A stretch of 64,000 bases of DNA, taken from the NCBI GenBank assembly GCA_045640885.1, contig JAZUFX010000054.1:14917-78916 (forward strand). Reading direction: 5' to 3'. Shown here one piece after another: positions 16,915 through 27,109 of this stretch. The number at the start of each line of letters is the position of its first letter. Position 1 is the first letter of the stretch. The DNA comes from Bacteroidaceae bacterium (GTDB lineage Bacteria > Bacteroidota > Bacteroidia > Bacteroidales > Bacteroidaceae). Made by a program: the position numbers and the translations under genes. Below the pieces are notes generated by a model. The model was not told the DNA's origin and made no database searches. It was given only the letters and a program-made list of their open reading frames with translations.

Positions 16915-17445
16915 TCATTTGAAGAACGAGAAGTTCACCGAACCGTAAACGCGCTTGTCGGTAAAGCGCGGGTGACTTGAAAAATCGTTCCCCTTGCCGT
17001 GTTCCAGTACGAATATGCCGTCGGGGGCAAGCAGGCTGTTCTGGAATATCAGGTCCGGAATGTCGGCCAGGTTCTCCAGCTGGTAGGGCGGATCGGCGAA
17101 AATGAAATCAAACTGCGTATTGCAGTTGCTTATGTATTTGAAGACGTCAGTTTTAACGGGCAGGCATGCTTTTGTGCCGACCGTTTCCATGACCTGGCAG
17201 ATGAAATTGTAGTGGGCAGGCTCCTTTTCGACCGATACCACCCTCGTGCAGCCGCGTGAAACAAGCTCTATGCTTATGCTTCCGGTACCCGAAAACAGGT
17301 CAAGCGCCGTAGAGTCCTCAAAGTCAATGCGGTTGGCCAGGACGTTGAACAGATTCTCCTTTGCAAAGTCGGTTGTCGGTCTTGCGCTGAATGTGCGCGG
17401 CACATCGAAGTGCCTGTGTCTGTAGATTCCGCTAATTACTCTCAT
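16915..17445 (-). CDS. rsmD: 16S rRNA (guanine966-N2)-methyltransferase
   Basis: Start taken at MRVISGIYRHRHF. SAM-binding LDLFSGTGSISIE and catalytic FADPPY motifs. The ORF-track ATG at 17481 would add 12 aa. Confidence 0.85.
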   Translation of the reverse strand: MRVISGIYRHRHFDVPRTFSARPTTDFAKENLFNVLANRIDFEDSTALDLFSGTGSISIELVSRGCTRVVSVEKEPAHYNFICQVMETVGTKACLPVKTDVFKYISNCNTQFDFIFADPPYQLENLADIPDLIFQNSLLAPDGIFVLEHGKGNDFSSHPRFTDKRVYGSVNFSFFK

Positions 17446-17529
17446 AACTTCTGCAGGTGGTTTTTTGAAAAAAGAATCCACCCGCTTAAGGCAGATGGAT
17501 TCGTATTTTTTGCAATCAGGAAAACCTGA

Positions 17530-18291
17530 TCAATCCCAGTTACCTGCTTCGTTTGTGACCTTGAGACCACGGTAGCTGCCACGGTCGTCGCACTGTTCAA
17601 GCAGGTTTATGATTTCCTGTTTGTCAAGACCGCCAAGGAACCATTCGAATGGAGCCTGTGCGGCAAATGAATACTGAATCAGTCCTGTCTTAACCGATGT
17701 GTCGGCCGATATGGACAACTCGAACTGCTTGCCGTTCGAGAATGGAACATAGCTGAGCGAGTCAACATTGATTGTGCCATGGAAGAGTGAGTCCATCATG
17801 TCGACCCACACGGTGTCGCGGTAGAATGAGTAGTTGCGGCTTCCGTCTTCGTTGTATGTGATAAATCCTGCTGTTACGGCAGAATCCCAGAGTTCCTTGG
17901 CCAGCTGAGCCTTCTGGCGGGCCTTGACGCCTGACAGTGTCACTGACAGCTCTTCTGCGATTGAAGCTTCTTCGTACAATTTGAGAATCTTGCCTTCTGT
18001 CCAGTTGGCTTCCAGCTGGTCATCGGTAAGTGCGCCTATCTTTCTGACAATTGGCAGACGGCCTTCCTTTACGAAGGCAATCAGTGTGTCAAAGTTGTCG
18101 CAGTATCCCATGCCGTATGCATTGTTGTATTCGGCCTGGGCATCCTTGATGGCCTTGAGCTTGGTTATGACTGCTTTGTCACGGATACTCTTTTCCTTCT
18201 CGAAATTGATAGGACCCATGATACTTCCGTAGTAGATGTATGCAAGTCCTGCAATACACAGTATAAGAAGAATGTTGATGACTTTTTTCAT
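17530..18291 (-). CDS. hypothetical N-terminally anchored protein
   Basis: 253 aa. A single N-terminal hydrophobic helix (VINILLILCIAGLAYIYYG), and the rest is soluble-looking. No motif recognised. Confidence 0.7.
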   Translation of the reverse strand: MKKVINILLILCIAGLAYIYYGSIMGPINFEKEKSIRDKAVITKLKAIKDAQAEYNNAYGMGYCDNFDTLIAFVKEGRLPIVRKIGALTDDQLEANWTEGKILKLYEEASIAEELSVTLSGVKARQKAQLAKELWDSAVTAGFITYNEDGSRNYSFYRDTVWVDMMDSLFHGTINVDSLSYVPFSNGKQFELSISADTSVKTGLIQYSFAAQAPFEWFLGGLDKQEIINLLEQCDDRGSYRGLKVTNEAGNWD

Positions 18292-18324
18292 ATGTGGTCA
18301 GTTATTTTTGTTATTTTCGCTTCG

Positions 18325-18332
18325 CAAAAATA
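18325..18332 (-). promoter_or_regulatory. Bacteroidota -7 box TATTTTTG (minus strand)
   Basis: Plus-strand caaaaata is the reverse complement of TATTTTTG. It lies 33 nt upstream of the 18291 ATG. Confidence 0.4.
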
Positions 18333-18385
18333 GAACATTTATCGGTATATCACCAAAAAAGACGGACTTTTATATTATTATAACA

Positions 18386-19855
18386 ATGGGATATCAGGCA
18401 TATGAGCATATTATGGAAGAATTTCCTTTTGAGCCGACGCCCGAACAGGAAACTGCCATCAGAATGCTTGCGGAGTTTGTGGTGAACGGTTCTTCCGCAA
18501 AGCCTGCCTTTATCCTGAAAGGATATGCCGGAACCGGCAAGACCACTGTCGTTGGAGCCCTTGTCAAAGCCATGTCGGCCATGCATGGCCGTACTGTCCT
18601 GATGGCGCCTACCGGACGTGCTGCAAAAGTGTTTTCACTCAGTTCACGGCATACCGCACTTACAATACACAAGAAAATTTACCGGCAGAAGTCGATACTT
18701 GACAGCGAAAGCTTCCAGCTGGACCGGAATCTGCATGAAAACACACTCTTTCTGGTCGATGAGGCGTCAATGATATCGAACGACGGTCTGTCGGGAACCG
18801 GTTTCGGTTCCGGCCGTCTGCTTGACGATCTGGTGAGTTATGTGTATTCCGGCAGGAACTGCCGTCTGCTCCTGCTGGGCGATGCGGCACAGCTGCCGCC
18901 GGTAGGACAGGAAGACAGTCCGGCGCTTCAGGCCGGACTGCTGGAGGTATATGGCATACAGGTCAGCGAGTTCTGTCTGCGTGGCGTCATGCGCCAGAAC
19001 CAGGACTCGGGTATCCTTTTCAATGCCACTTGCCTGAGGCGGATGCTTGAAGACACATCGGGCTGTACGCTGCAGCCATTCAGATTCAAATTGAATTCAT
19101 TTACCGATGTGATTGCCATATCGGGTGCCGATCTGATTGAAACGATAGGCAACTGTTATGCCCGCGACGGCATGGATGAAACCATCGTGCTTTGCCGTTC
19201 AAACAAAAGGGCGCAGATTTACAACAACGGGATAAGGGCTACCGTACTTGACCGTGAAGATGAGCTGAACCGTGGCGACAGCCTGATGATTGTCAAGAAT
19301 AACTACTATTGGACCGAACTGGAAATGGCCGGGTCCGACGGCAAGCCGGAATCACTCCAGAACATACCGACATTCATTGCAAACGGTGATATTGCAACCG
19401 TACACAGAGTGCGACATGAACGTGAGATGTACGGCTTCCGCTTCATTGATGCCGTTTTGCGCTTTCCGGACTATTCGGATTATGAAATGGAAACCACTCT
19501 GCTGCTTGATACACTGCACAGCGAATCGCCTGCGCTGACACATGAACAGCAGGAAATGCTGTTTCAGAATGTGATGCAGGATTATGCACATATCAAATCG
19601 GGTAAGGAACGCATGGAGCAGTTGCGCAGGAACCCGTATTTCAATGCCCTTCAGGTAAAATACGCATATGCCGTTACCTGTCACAAGGCTCAGGGCGGTC
19701 AGTGGATGAATGTTTTCATCGATCAGGGGTACATTCCGCAGGAAGGTCAGGGACGCGATTATTTGCGCTGGCTCTACACTGCCCTGACGCGTTCCACTTC
19801 AAAAGTCTATCTTGTCAACTGGCCCGAAGACGGACTGGAACGGCAGCATCCGTGA
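18386..19855 (+). CDS. RecD/Pif1-like SF1 ATP-dependent DNA helicase
   Basis: Start at the internal ATG (MGYQAYEHIMEEFPFEPTPEQ). Walker A GYAGTGKTT, Walker B LFLVDEASM and the C-terminal motif AVTCHKAQGGQW. Confidence 0.8.
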   Translation: MGYQAYEHIMEEFPFEPTPEQETAIRMLAEFVVNGSSAKPAFILKGYAGTGKTTVVGALVKAMSAMHGRTVLMAPTGRAAKVFSLSSRHTALTIHKKIYRQKSILDSESFQLDRNLHENTLFLVDEASMISNDGLSGTGFGSGRLLDDLVSYVYSGRNCRLLLLGDAAQLPPVGQEDSPALQAGLLEVYGIQVSEFCLRGVMRQNQDSGILFNATCLRRMLEDTSGCTLQPFRFKLNSFTDVIAISGADLIETIGNCYARDGMDETIVLCRSNKRAQIYNNGIRATVLDREDELNRGDSLMIVKNNYYWTELEMAGSDGKPESLQNIPTFIANGDIATVHRVRHEREMYGFRFIDAVLRFPDYSDYEMETTLLLDTLHSESPALTHEQQEMLFQNVMQDYAHIKSGKERMEQLRRNPYFNALQVKYAYAVTCHKAQGGQWMNVFIDQGYIPQEGQGRDYLRWLYTALTRSTSKVYLVNWPEDGLERQHP

Positions 19856-19887
19856 CGGTCTGTCGGAAGGCGTCTGCCGGTAGGGGC

Positions 19888-20844
19888 TTATTTGTAAAGC
19901 TTGCTGAATGAGCCAGACCCCCATTCGGTGCGCTGGATGTCCGGTGCTGTGAGCATCGCGTCGGATTGACGTCTGGAGTCGCCTGTAACGTACTCGCTTA
20001 TGAACCTCAGGCACTCATCGGCAAACTTGTTGGTCGTCATAGCGATTTCGTGACCGTTGTCCTTGAACCGCATTATTCTGCACGGGTATCCCTCTTTTTC
20101 AAATGTCCTGGCGATGCGGTTCGTTCCAGCAAAATTCTGGTTGAATATGCGGACGCCGTTGTAAAGTACAATTTTGTCGGCGGTGCCGTGGAGCATAAGG
20201 TGTGGACATGGTGCCATATTCCTGTACCTGATTCTGCCGTCTTCTGAGAAAATCGCTCCGGAGAATGCAATTACACCGGCAAAATTGAAGTCTTGGGGCA
20301 GGATTGACGCTATGTCATGTCCGTTGCACAGCTCGTATTCGCCCTGCAGTACCGACATGGCTCCTGCACTTGCTCCGGCAATTACTATTCTGTTGCGGTC
20401 AATGCCTAATTCGCTGCTGTGAGCCAACAGGTAGAATGTGGCACTGTACAGGTCTTCAACAGCCATGCTGATGGCTCTTTTCAACATTCCAATGGATTTG
20501 AGACCAATTTTGTGCATGTCCTTGAGTCCAAGACGATAGTCTATGGAAACAGCTCTGATTCCGTTACGGCTCATGGTCGTGCACCATGCGCGTTCGGAAA
20601 ACCCGTTGCGTTCGCCGGCTATAAATCCGCCCGGAAACATATATATGACGGTTGGAGCGTCGGCAACCGCATTTTTCGGTTCATAGATGTCCATGAACAG
20701 CTGCTGGGAATCCTTCTCTGCAAATTGGACGGTACGGGGTTGGGCAAAGTTCATGTCCAAACCTTTTTCGAATGTCATCTGAGCCATGATGCCGGAACTT
20801 GTCAGAACCAGCACCACCAGCGCTATGCAAATTCTTTTCAGCAT
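19888..20844 (-). CDS. secreted alpha/beta hydrolase (esterase/lipase-like)
   Basis: Signal peptide. Oxyanion-region FPGGF, nucleophile elbow GASAGA and a late HG...H region. Confidence 0.75.
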   Translation of the reverse strand: MLKRICIALVVLVLTSSGIMAQMTFEKGLDMNFAQPRTVQFAEKDSQQLFMDIYEPKNAVADAPTVIYMFPGGFIAGERNGFSERAWCTTMSRNGIRAVSIDYRLGLKDMHKIGLKSIGMLKRAISMAVEDLYSATFYLLAHSSELGIDRNRIVIAGASAGAMSVLQGEYELCNGHDIASILPQDFNFAGVIAFSGAIFSEDGRIRYRNMAPCPHLMLHGTADKIVLYNGVRIFNQNFAGTNRIARTFEKEGYPCRIMRFKDNGHEIAMTTNKFADECLRFISEYVTGDSRRQSDAMLTAPDIQRTEWGSGSFSKLYK

Positions 20845-20858
20845 ACGGGCAATATGGA

Positions 20859-23471
20859 TTATCCCTTGATTTTTTCAATTATCTCCCTGACAGCCGCTGC
20901 AAGTCCTTCCGGGTTCTTGCCGCCGGCAGTAGCGTAGTGGGCCTGGCCGCCGCCACCGCCCTGAATGAGCTTTGCGGCTTCGCGGACCATCTGGCCGGCA
21001 TTGAACCTTGAAGTCAGGTCATCGCTGACGCTGACGGTAATCATGGGCTTGCCGCCTTCCTGGCTGCCTATTACGACAACCAGATTCTTTTCAAGCTGTG
21101 CGCGGAGCTGGAATACCAGGTCGCGTACCATGTTGGCGGAACCTTCCATGGTGCAGTCAATTACCTGGATGCCGGCAATCTCCTTCTTTGCGGCAAGCAG
21201 GCTGTCCTTGAGCTGTGCGGCCTTCTCCTTCTGCAGCTCTTCAAGCTGTTTCTTCAGAGCCGCGTTTTCGTCGATCATCTTCCGGGCCGATGCTTCCAGA
21301 CTGCCGCCCGGCAGCATGGCCTTCAAGGCATTCATGCTGTCCTGATATGTGTAGAGCAGGTTTTCGACTGCCTGGCCGGTGATGGCCTCGATGCGGCGTA
21401 CGCCTGCAGCGATTGAACTCTCTGCCGTTATCTTGAACATTCCTATGCGTCCGGTTGACTGAGCGTGGACACCGCCGCAGAATTCTATCGACTGGCCGAA
21501 CTGGACTACACGTACCTTGTCTCCGTACTTTTCGCCGAACAGTGCAATGGCACCGAGTTTCTTTGCCTCCTCGATAGGCGTGTCACGATGTTCCTGCAGA
21601 GGAATGTCTTCGCGTATCTTCCGGTTGACCATTTCCTCAACCCGGCGCATCTCTTCGTCGGTAACCTTCTGGAAATGCGAGAAGTCAAAACGCAGGCCTT
21701 CGGGTGTTACCAGAGAACCCTTCTGCTCGACATGTGAGCCCAGAACCTCACGCAGAGCCTCGTCAAGCAGGTGGGTTGCGGTGTGGTTGGCCTCGCAGGC
21801 ACGGCGGCGGTCTACGTCGACGCATGCCATCATGGGGGCGTCAAGATGTTCCGGCATCTTCTTTACGATATGTATGGGAAGACCGTTCTCCTTCTTGGTG
21901 TCGATGATTTCAACGGTCTCGAATTCGCTTACAATCACGCCGGTGTCACCGACCTGACCGCCCATCTCGGCATAGAACGGAGTCTTGTCAAGCACAATCT
22001 GGAAGGTGGTGCCGTTCTTCTGCTTCACTTCACGGTAACGCAGAATGGATGTCTCGTATTCGGTGAAATCGTATCCCACGAATTCGGTCTCGCCTTCTTT
22101 CAGAACTACCCAGTCACCGTTTTCAACGGCTGCTGCATTACGCGCGCGGGCCTTCTGCTTTGCCATTTCGGCATTGAACTCGTCCTGGTTGACAGTCATG
22201 CCGTTCTCGCGCAGAATAAGTTCGGTAAGGTCAAGCGGGAATCCGTAGGTGTCATACAGAGTGAATGCGTTCACGCCGCTTATCACGGTGCTCTTTGCGG
22301 CTTTTGCATCGGCCATTACCTTGTCAAGAAGCCTGATGCCGGTTTCAAGAGTGCGCAGGAACGACTCTTCCTCTTCAATGATCACCTTTTCTATGAGTGT
22401 CTTCTGTGCGTTCAGTTCGGGATAGGCATCGCCCATGTTGTCGATGAGGCAGGGCAGAAGCTTGTAGAGGAAGGCTTCCTTCTGTCCCAGGAACGTGTAG
22501 GCGTAACGTACTGCGCGGCGCAGAATGCGGCGTATCACATATCCGGCCTTTGCATTTGAGGGCAGCTGGCCGTCTGTAATCGAGAATGCGATGGTACGTA
22601 TGTGGTCGGCAACGACGCGCATGGCTATGTCGGTCTGCCCGTCCTTGCCGTACTGTTTGCCGGCCAGGGCACCGATGGTGCTTATGATTGGCTGGAACAC
22701 ATCCGTGTCATAGTTTGATGTCTTGCCCTGCAGCGTGCGAACCAGGCGCTCGAAGCCCATGCCGGTATCTATGACCTTTGCGGGCAGAGGCTCAAGAGTG
22801 TGGTCGGCCTTGCGGTTGTACTGCATGAACACAAGGTTCCAGATTTCAATGACCTGCGGATGGTCCTTGTTGACAAGGTCACGTCCGGCAATCTTTGACT
22901 TTTCCTCTTCGGAACGTGAGTCAACGTGGATTTCAGAGCACGGACCGCATGGACCTGTATCGCCCATTTCCCAGAAGTTGTCATGTTTGTTGCCGTTTAT
23001 TATGTGGTCTTTGGGCAAATGCTTTTCCCAGTATGATGCGGCTTCGTCATCGCGGCTTATGCCTTCTTCCTTCGAGCCTTCGAACACGGTGGCATACAGG
23101 TTCTTGGGGTCAAGTTTCAGAACGTCGACCAGATATTCCCATGCCCAGTCGATGGCTTCCTTCTTGAAGTAGTCTCCGAACGACCAGTTGCCCAGCATTT
23201 CGAACATGGTGTGGTGGTAGGTGTCATGGCCGACCTCTTCAAGGTCATTGTGCTTGCCGCTTACGCGAAGGCACTTCTGCGAGTCTGCCACGCGCTTGCT
23301 CTTTGCGGGGCGGTTGCCCAGAATGATGTCCTTGAACTGGTTCATGCCTGCATTTGTGAACATCAGGGTGGGGTCATCCTTGACTACCATAGGTGCAGAC
23401 GGAACGATAAGGTGTCCCTTGCTCTCGAAGAATTTCTTGTACGATTCGCGTATATCCTTAGCTGTCATCAT
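20859..23471 (-). CDS. alaS: alanine--tRNA ligase
   Basis: Start at [20 protein letters not shown]. Class II core, editing-domain HTATHLL motif and a C-terminal DHHA1 region. About 870 aa. Confidence 0.96.
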   Translation of the reverse strand: MMTAKDIRESYKKFFESKGHLIVPSAPMVVKDDPTLMFTNAGMNQFKDIILGNRPAKSKRVADSQKCLRVSGKHNDLEEVGHDTYHHTMFEMLGNWSFGDYFKKEAIDWAWEYLVDVLKLDPKNLYATVFEGSKEEGISRDDEAASYWEKHLPKDHIINGNKHDNFWEMGDTGPCGPCSEIHVDSRSEEEKSKIAGRDLVNKDHPQVIEIWNLVFMQYNRKADHTLEPLPAKVIDTGMGFERLVRTLQGKTSNYDTDVFQPIISTIGALAGKQYGKDGQTDIAMRVVADHIRTIAFSITDGQLPSNAKAGYVIRRILRRAVRYAYTFLGQKEAFLYKLLPCLIDNMGDAYPELNAQKTLIEKVIIEEEESFLRTLETGIRLLDKVMADAKAAKSTVISGVNAFTLYDTYGFPLDLTELILRENGMTVNQDEFNAEMAKQKARARNAAAVENGDWVVLKEGETEFVGYDFTEYETSILRYREVKQKNGTTFQIVLDKTPFYAEMGGQVGDTGVIVSEFETVEIIDTKKENGLPIHIVKKMPEHLDAPMMACVDVDRRRACEANHTATHLLDEALREVLGSHVEQKGSLVTPEGLRFDFSHFQKVTDEEMRRVEEMVNRKIREDIPLQEHRDTPIEEAKKLGAIALFGEKYGDKVRVVQFGQSIEFCGGVHAQSTGRIGMFKITAESSIAAGVRRIEAITGQAVENLLYTYQDSMNALKAMLPGGSLEASARKMIDENAALKKQLEELQKEKAAQLKDSLLAAKKEIAGIQVIDCTMEGSANMVRDLVFQLRAQLEKNLVVVIGSQEGGKPMITVSVSDDLTSRFNAGQMVREAAKLIQGGGGGQAHYATAGGKNPEGLAAAVREIIEKIKG

Positions 23472-23498
23472 AGTCTGATTATATTTTTTTCGGGTTTG

Positions 23499-23506
23499 CA
23501 AAGATA
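23499..23506 (-). promoter_or_regulatory. Bacteroidota -7 box TATCTTTG (minus strand) for alaS
   Basis: Plus-strand caaagata, 27 nt upstream of the alaS ATG. Confidence 0.45.
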
Positions 23507-23518
23507 CTGTTTTTTCAC

Positions 23519-23526
23519 TACTTTTG
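23519..23526 (+). promoter_or_regulatory. Bacteroidota -7 box TACTTTTG for the M23 peptidase gene
   Basis: Exact match 11 nt upstream of the 23538 ATG. It is divergent with the alaS promoter. Confidence 0.4.
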
Positions 23527-23537
23527 TCATCAGTCAA

Positions 23538-24506
23538 ATGAAGAAAGTATACTATCAGTATGACCCCAATACAAGGGCGTTCCGCAGGGTGTTTCCTACA
23601 TTCCGCCAGCACGTCCGGGCCGTAGTCAGGAAAGTCCTGATTGCAGTGCTGCTCGTTGCGGCATCGCTGGCGGTATACCGTTTCATTTTCAATTCTCCGC
23701 AGGTAAGTGATCTCATAGAGGAGAATACGGAGCTGCAGGCACAGTATCGTGTGCTTTCGCGTAAGGTCGATGATGCCTTGCTGGTTTTGCAGGATATCGA
23801 GCAGCGCGATGACAACCTGTACCGTGTACTGCTTGAAGCCGACCCTGTACCGGAGAATTCGCGTCAGTCGGCCTATAACTCCCAAAGCCGTTATTCGGAA
23901 CTTCTGGAAATGCCGAATTCGGAACTTCTGGTCAATACAGCCCAGAAGATTGATATGCTGAACCAGCGTCTGTACATGCAGAGCCGTTCGTTCAACGAGG
24001 TGGTTGAAATGTCACGCGAGCAGGAGAAGCGTCTGGCATGCATACCCGCCATTCAGCCTGTATCGAACAAGGACCTGAAACGTACCGCATCGGGCTATGG
24101 GTATCGCAGTGACCCTATATATCATGTGAACCGTTTTCACAAGGGAATGGATTTTGCCTGCGACACGGGAACTCCGGTATATGCTACGGGTGACGGCACT
24201 GTCGTGTATGCGAGATGGAAGTCCGGTTTTGGAAACCTTATTGAGATAGATCATGGCTATGGCTATGTGACCCGATATGCCCATTTGAGCAAGATTACGG
24301 TGGCTAAAGGACAGAAAGTGCATCGTGGCGTAGAGATAGGCCGCGTCGGCACAACAGGAAAGAGCACCGGTCCCCATCTGCACTATGAAGTCCTTGTTCA
24401 GGGCAAGAACGTGAATCCTATCAACTATTATTTCATGGACCTCAACGCGGAACAGTATGACGAGATGATTACTCTTGCAGAAAACCACGGGAAGGTATTT
24501 GACTGA
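23538..24506 (+). CDS. M23 family metallopeptidase (LytM-type)
   Basis: Start at [11 protein letters not shown]. One TM segment, a coiled-coil region, then HKGMDFA...[10 protein letters not shown]...HLHYEV. Confidence 0.88.
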   Translation: MKKVYYQYDPNTRAFRRVFPTFRQHVRAVVRKVLIAVLLVAASLAVYRFIFNSPQVSDLIEENTELQAQYRVLSRKVDDALLVLQDIEQRDDNLYRVLLEADPVPENSRQSAYNSQSRYSELLEMPNSELLVNTAQKIDMLNQRLYMQSRSFNEVVEMSREQEKRLACIPAIQPVSNKDLKRTASGYGYRSDPIYHVNRFHKGMDFACDTGTPVYATGDGTVVYARWKSGFGNLIEIDHGYGYVTRYAHLSKITVAKGQKVHRGVEIGRVGTTGKSTGPHLHYEVLVQGKNVNPINYYFMDLNAEQYDEMITLAENHGKVFD

Positions 24507-24515
24507 TAACAGACT

Positions 24516-24881
24516 ATGGCACTCAACACAAACAAGGTTCTTAAAAAGTACTATTCCATCAAGGAGGTGTCCGATATGCTTGGAATACCCGAAAGTACTT
24601 TGCGCTATTGGGAAAAGGAGTTTAAGCAGATTTGTCCTAAGAAAAGTTCAAAAGGCATCCGGCAGTACACCGTTCAGGACATTGAACAAATCAAGAATGT
24701 GAACCATCTTGTCAAGGAAAAGGATCTTACAATAAAGGGTGCCAAGAACCATCTTGACAATCGTCTGCCTATTCAGACCGATACATTTGAGGTCGTGGAG
24801 CGCTTGAAAAACGTCCGTGATCAGTTGAAATCCATCATGGAGGAACTCAATGCTACTCCTCCTTGCGGACAACGGTTGTAA
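24516..24881 (+). CDS. MerR family transcriptional regulator
   Basis: N-terminal HTH YYSIKEVSDMLGIPESTLRYWEKEF. 121 aa. Confidence 0.8.
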   Translation: MALNTNKVLKKYYSIKEVSDMLGIPESTLRYWEKEFKQICPKKSSKGIRQYTVQDIEQIKNVNHLVKEKDLTIKGAKNHLDNRLPIQTDTFEVVERLKNVRDQLKSIMEELNATPPCGQRL

Positions 24882-27096
24882 TTCCAGGGATTTTCTTCAA
24901 ACCGTCCTGAATGGCCTTCAGGTCATCAAGGCTGTGGACCATAACGCTGATGGTGCCTTCGAAGACACCTTCTTTTGATTCAATCAGCAGTCTGGTCATG
25001 TTCACATTCATCTTCTTTGATATGACATCGGTCACTTTACCCAGTGTGCCGATGTTGTCAAGTCCCTTCAGGTAGATGCTGGCAGGGAATATGCTGTTTT
25101 CTATATTCCATTCAACCTGAAGGATCCTGTTGCCGTTCATTGCCTTAAGACGGGTCGCGGTTTCGCATTTGCGCTTGTGGATGGTTATGTGGCCGCCTTC
25201 TTCAATGAATCCAAGGACAGCATCGCCGGGAACCGGATTGCAGCAGGTCGCGAAACTGTAGACATGGCTTTCCATGTCACTTATTATCAGCTTGCTCTTT
25301 ACATTGGGAGTATTCTTGTCAACCGGATTTTCCTTCCTGTTGTCTGAAGTCGGGCTGCTCTTGTAGAATGTTGACCAGAAGCGTTTGTACCAGCTGTTGC
25401 TGACACCCTTCAGTATAGCCCGCTCGGCTTCACCGAGAATGACTTTTTTCTGGCCTATTGCAACCATCAGCGCATTTGCATTCTCCATTCCGTGGAGTGC
25501 GCACAAACGGTCCATTTTCTGCTGATTCGGCTCCAGCCTTTCGTTCTGTACAAACTCGTGGAACAGAGCTTCACCGAATTTTTCGCTTTCGCGGTCGGTC
25601 TTTCTGAGCCATTGCTTGATTTTGGCCCTGGCCTTGGCTGTTGTGGCAAAATCAAGCCATTCAGGACTGATTTTCTGGTTTTTTGACGTTAGTACCTCGA
25701 CCTGGTCGCCGCTTTTCAACTCATAGTTTATGGCCTCAAGCTTGTGGTTTACCTTGGCACCGATGCAGTTCGTTCCCATGAAGGTGTGTATGGTAAATGC
25801 AAAATCCAGTACGGTGCTGCCTTGGGGCATAGTGCGGAGTTCTCCTTTCGGCGTAAAGATGAAAATCTCCGAGGAATACAGGTTGAGTTTTATTGAATCG
25901 AGAAAATCCATGGAGTCCGGCTGGGGGTCTTCCAGAATTTCCTTGATGGTTTCAAGCCAATGCCCCAACTCGGTTTCGTCCTCTTCATAGTCATGTTCCT
26001 TGTCCTTGTATTTCCAGTGTGCGGCAATACCCTGTTCGGCAATTTCGTCCATGCGGTGTGAACGTATCTGGACTTCGACCCATCGGCCTTCATTGCTCAT
26101 AAAGGTGCTGTGAAGAGCCTGATAGCCGTTGGCCTTGGGTCTGGTTATCCAGTCGCGCAGACGGTCAGGATGTGATTTGTAAAGGCTGGTAAGGGCCAGA
26201 TATATATCAAAGCATTCGCTTTTTTCCTTATCGGGCGTTTCGGGGTCAAATACAATTCGGACGGCAAGAATGTCGAAAATCTCCTCAAAGGTAAGCGAGT
26301 TGCGCGTCATCTTCTTCCAGATGGAATACGGCGATTTCAAGCGTCCCTTGATGCTGTATTTTATTCCGATGCTGTCCAGTTTCTCAATAATGGGACCGGT
26401 GAATTTACGGTACATTTCATCAATCTCACCCTGCGAGAAAGACAGCTTGTCCTGTATTTCCTGAAATTCTACGGGATGTTCGTACTTGAAGCTCAGGTCT
26501 TCAAGTTCACTTTTTATCTTGTTGAGTCCCAGACGGTATGCCAGCGGTGCGTACAGATACAGTGTCTCTCCTGCAATCTTATACTGCTTGCGCGGTTGCA
26601 TGCTGTCCAGCGTACGCATGTTGTGCAGACGGTCGGCTATCTTGATAAGGATGACACGTATGTCATCATTCATCGTAAGCAGCAGTTTCTTGAAGTTTTC
26701 GGCCTGGGCCGATGCCTTTTCGCCGAATATGCCGCCGGCAATTTTTGTCAGACCATCTACAATCTGGGCGATTTTCGGACCGAATACGTTCTTTATGTCA
26801 TCTATGGTGTAGTCGGTGTCTTCGACTACGTCGTGAAGCAGGGCGGAACAGATGGAAGTGGAACCCAGACCCATTTCACTGCACACAATCTGCGCTACAG
26901 CCAGCGGGTGCATTATGTATGGCTCTCCCGAATGGCGCCTGATGCCATTGTGGGCATTGCGTGCAAAGTTGAAAGCCTTGGTTATAATGTCAATTTTCTT
27001 ACGGTGAACAGACTGCAGGTAACTGTCAAGCAGGTGTTGGAAGGCTTCATCTATAAGCCTTTCCTCGTCAACGGAAAACAGCCTTTCTTCACTCAT
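24853..27096 (-). CDS. relA: bifunctional (p)ppGpp synthetase/hydrolase (long RSH)
   Basis: 747 aa. HD hydrolase domain (HRHSGEPYIMHPLAVA...HDVVEDT), synthetase domain (YQALHSTF), and TGS and ACT-like C-terminal regions. Confidence 0.92.
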   Translation of the reverse strand: MSEERLFSVDEERLIDEAFQHLLDSYLQSVHRKKIDIITKAFNFARNAHNGIRRHSGEPYIMHPLAVAQIVCSEMGLGSTSICSALLHDVVEDTDYTIDDIKNVFGPKIAQIVDGLTKIAGGIFGEKASAQAENFKKLLLTMNDDIRVILIKIADRLHNMRTLDSMQPRKQYKIAGETLYLYAPLAYRLGLNKIKSELEDLSFKYEHPVEFQEIQDKLSFSQGEIDEMYRKFTGPIIEKLDSIGIKYSIKGRLKSPYSIWKKMTRNSLTFEEIFDILAVRIVFDPETPDKEKSECFDIYLALTSLYKSHPDRLRDWITRPKANGYQALHSTFMSNEGRWVEVQIRSHRMDEIAEQGIAAHWKYKDKEHDYEEDETELGHWLETIKEILEDPQPDSMDFLDSIKLNLYSSEIFIFTPKGELRTMPQGSTVLDFAFTIHTFMGTNCIGAKVNHKLEAINYELKSGDQVEVLTSKNQKISPEWLDFATTAKARAKIKQWLRKTDRESEKFGEALFHEFVQNERLEPNQQKMDRLCALHGMENANALMVAIGQKKVILGEAERAILKGVSNSWYKRFWSTFYKSSPTSDNRKENPVDKNTPNVKSKLIISDMESHVYSFATCCNPVPGDAVLGFIEEGGHITIHKRKCETATRLKAMNGNRILQVEWNIENSIFPASIYLKGLDNIGTLGKVTDVISKKMNVNMTRLLIESKEGVFEGTISVMVHSLDDLKAIQDGLKKIPGITTVVRKEE

Positions 27097-27109
27097 GTCT
27101 CAATATGAA

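Noticed and set aside
15951-16915. An integrated mobile element inserted at tRNA-Pro.
   Set aside because: There is no integrase or recombinase. By eye I found no direct repeat of the tRNA 3' end downstream. Only one small lipoprotein gene lies between the tRNA and core rsmD. I kept this only as a compositional observation.
18386-19855. The RecD/Pif1-like helicase as part of a defence or mobile-element module.
   Set aside because: No nuclease, methyltransferase, relaxase, integrase or toxin partner is present. It is flanked by rsmD, a conserved anchored protein, an esterase and alaS, so it looks like a stand-alone housekeeping helicase.
23472-23885. N-terminal extension of the alaS ORF to 1008 aa, and the matching upstream extension of the M23 peptidase ORF (23211-23537).
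   Set aside because: The canonical AlaS N-terminus [15 protein letters not shown] starts at 23471, and the peptidase starts at MKKVYYQYD (23538). Each is preceded by its own TAnnTTTG box. The extensions would run through each other's coding sequence.
24853-27096. The RelA/SpoT homologue as a small alarmone synthetase toxin (toxSAS).
   Set aside because: It is a full-length 747-aa RSH with HD hydrolase, synthetase, TGS and ACT-like regions. It is not a stand-alone small synthetase with an antitoxin.
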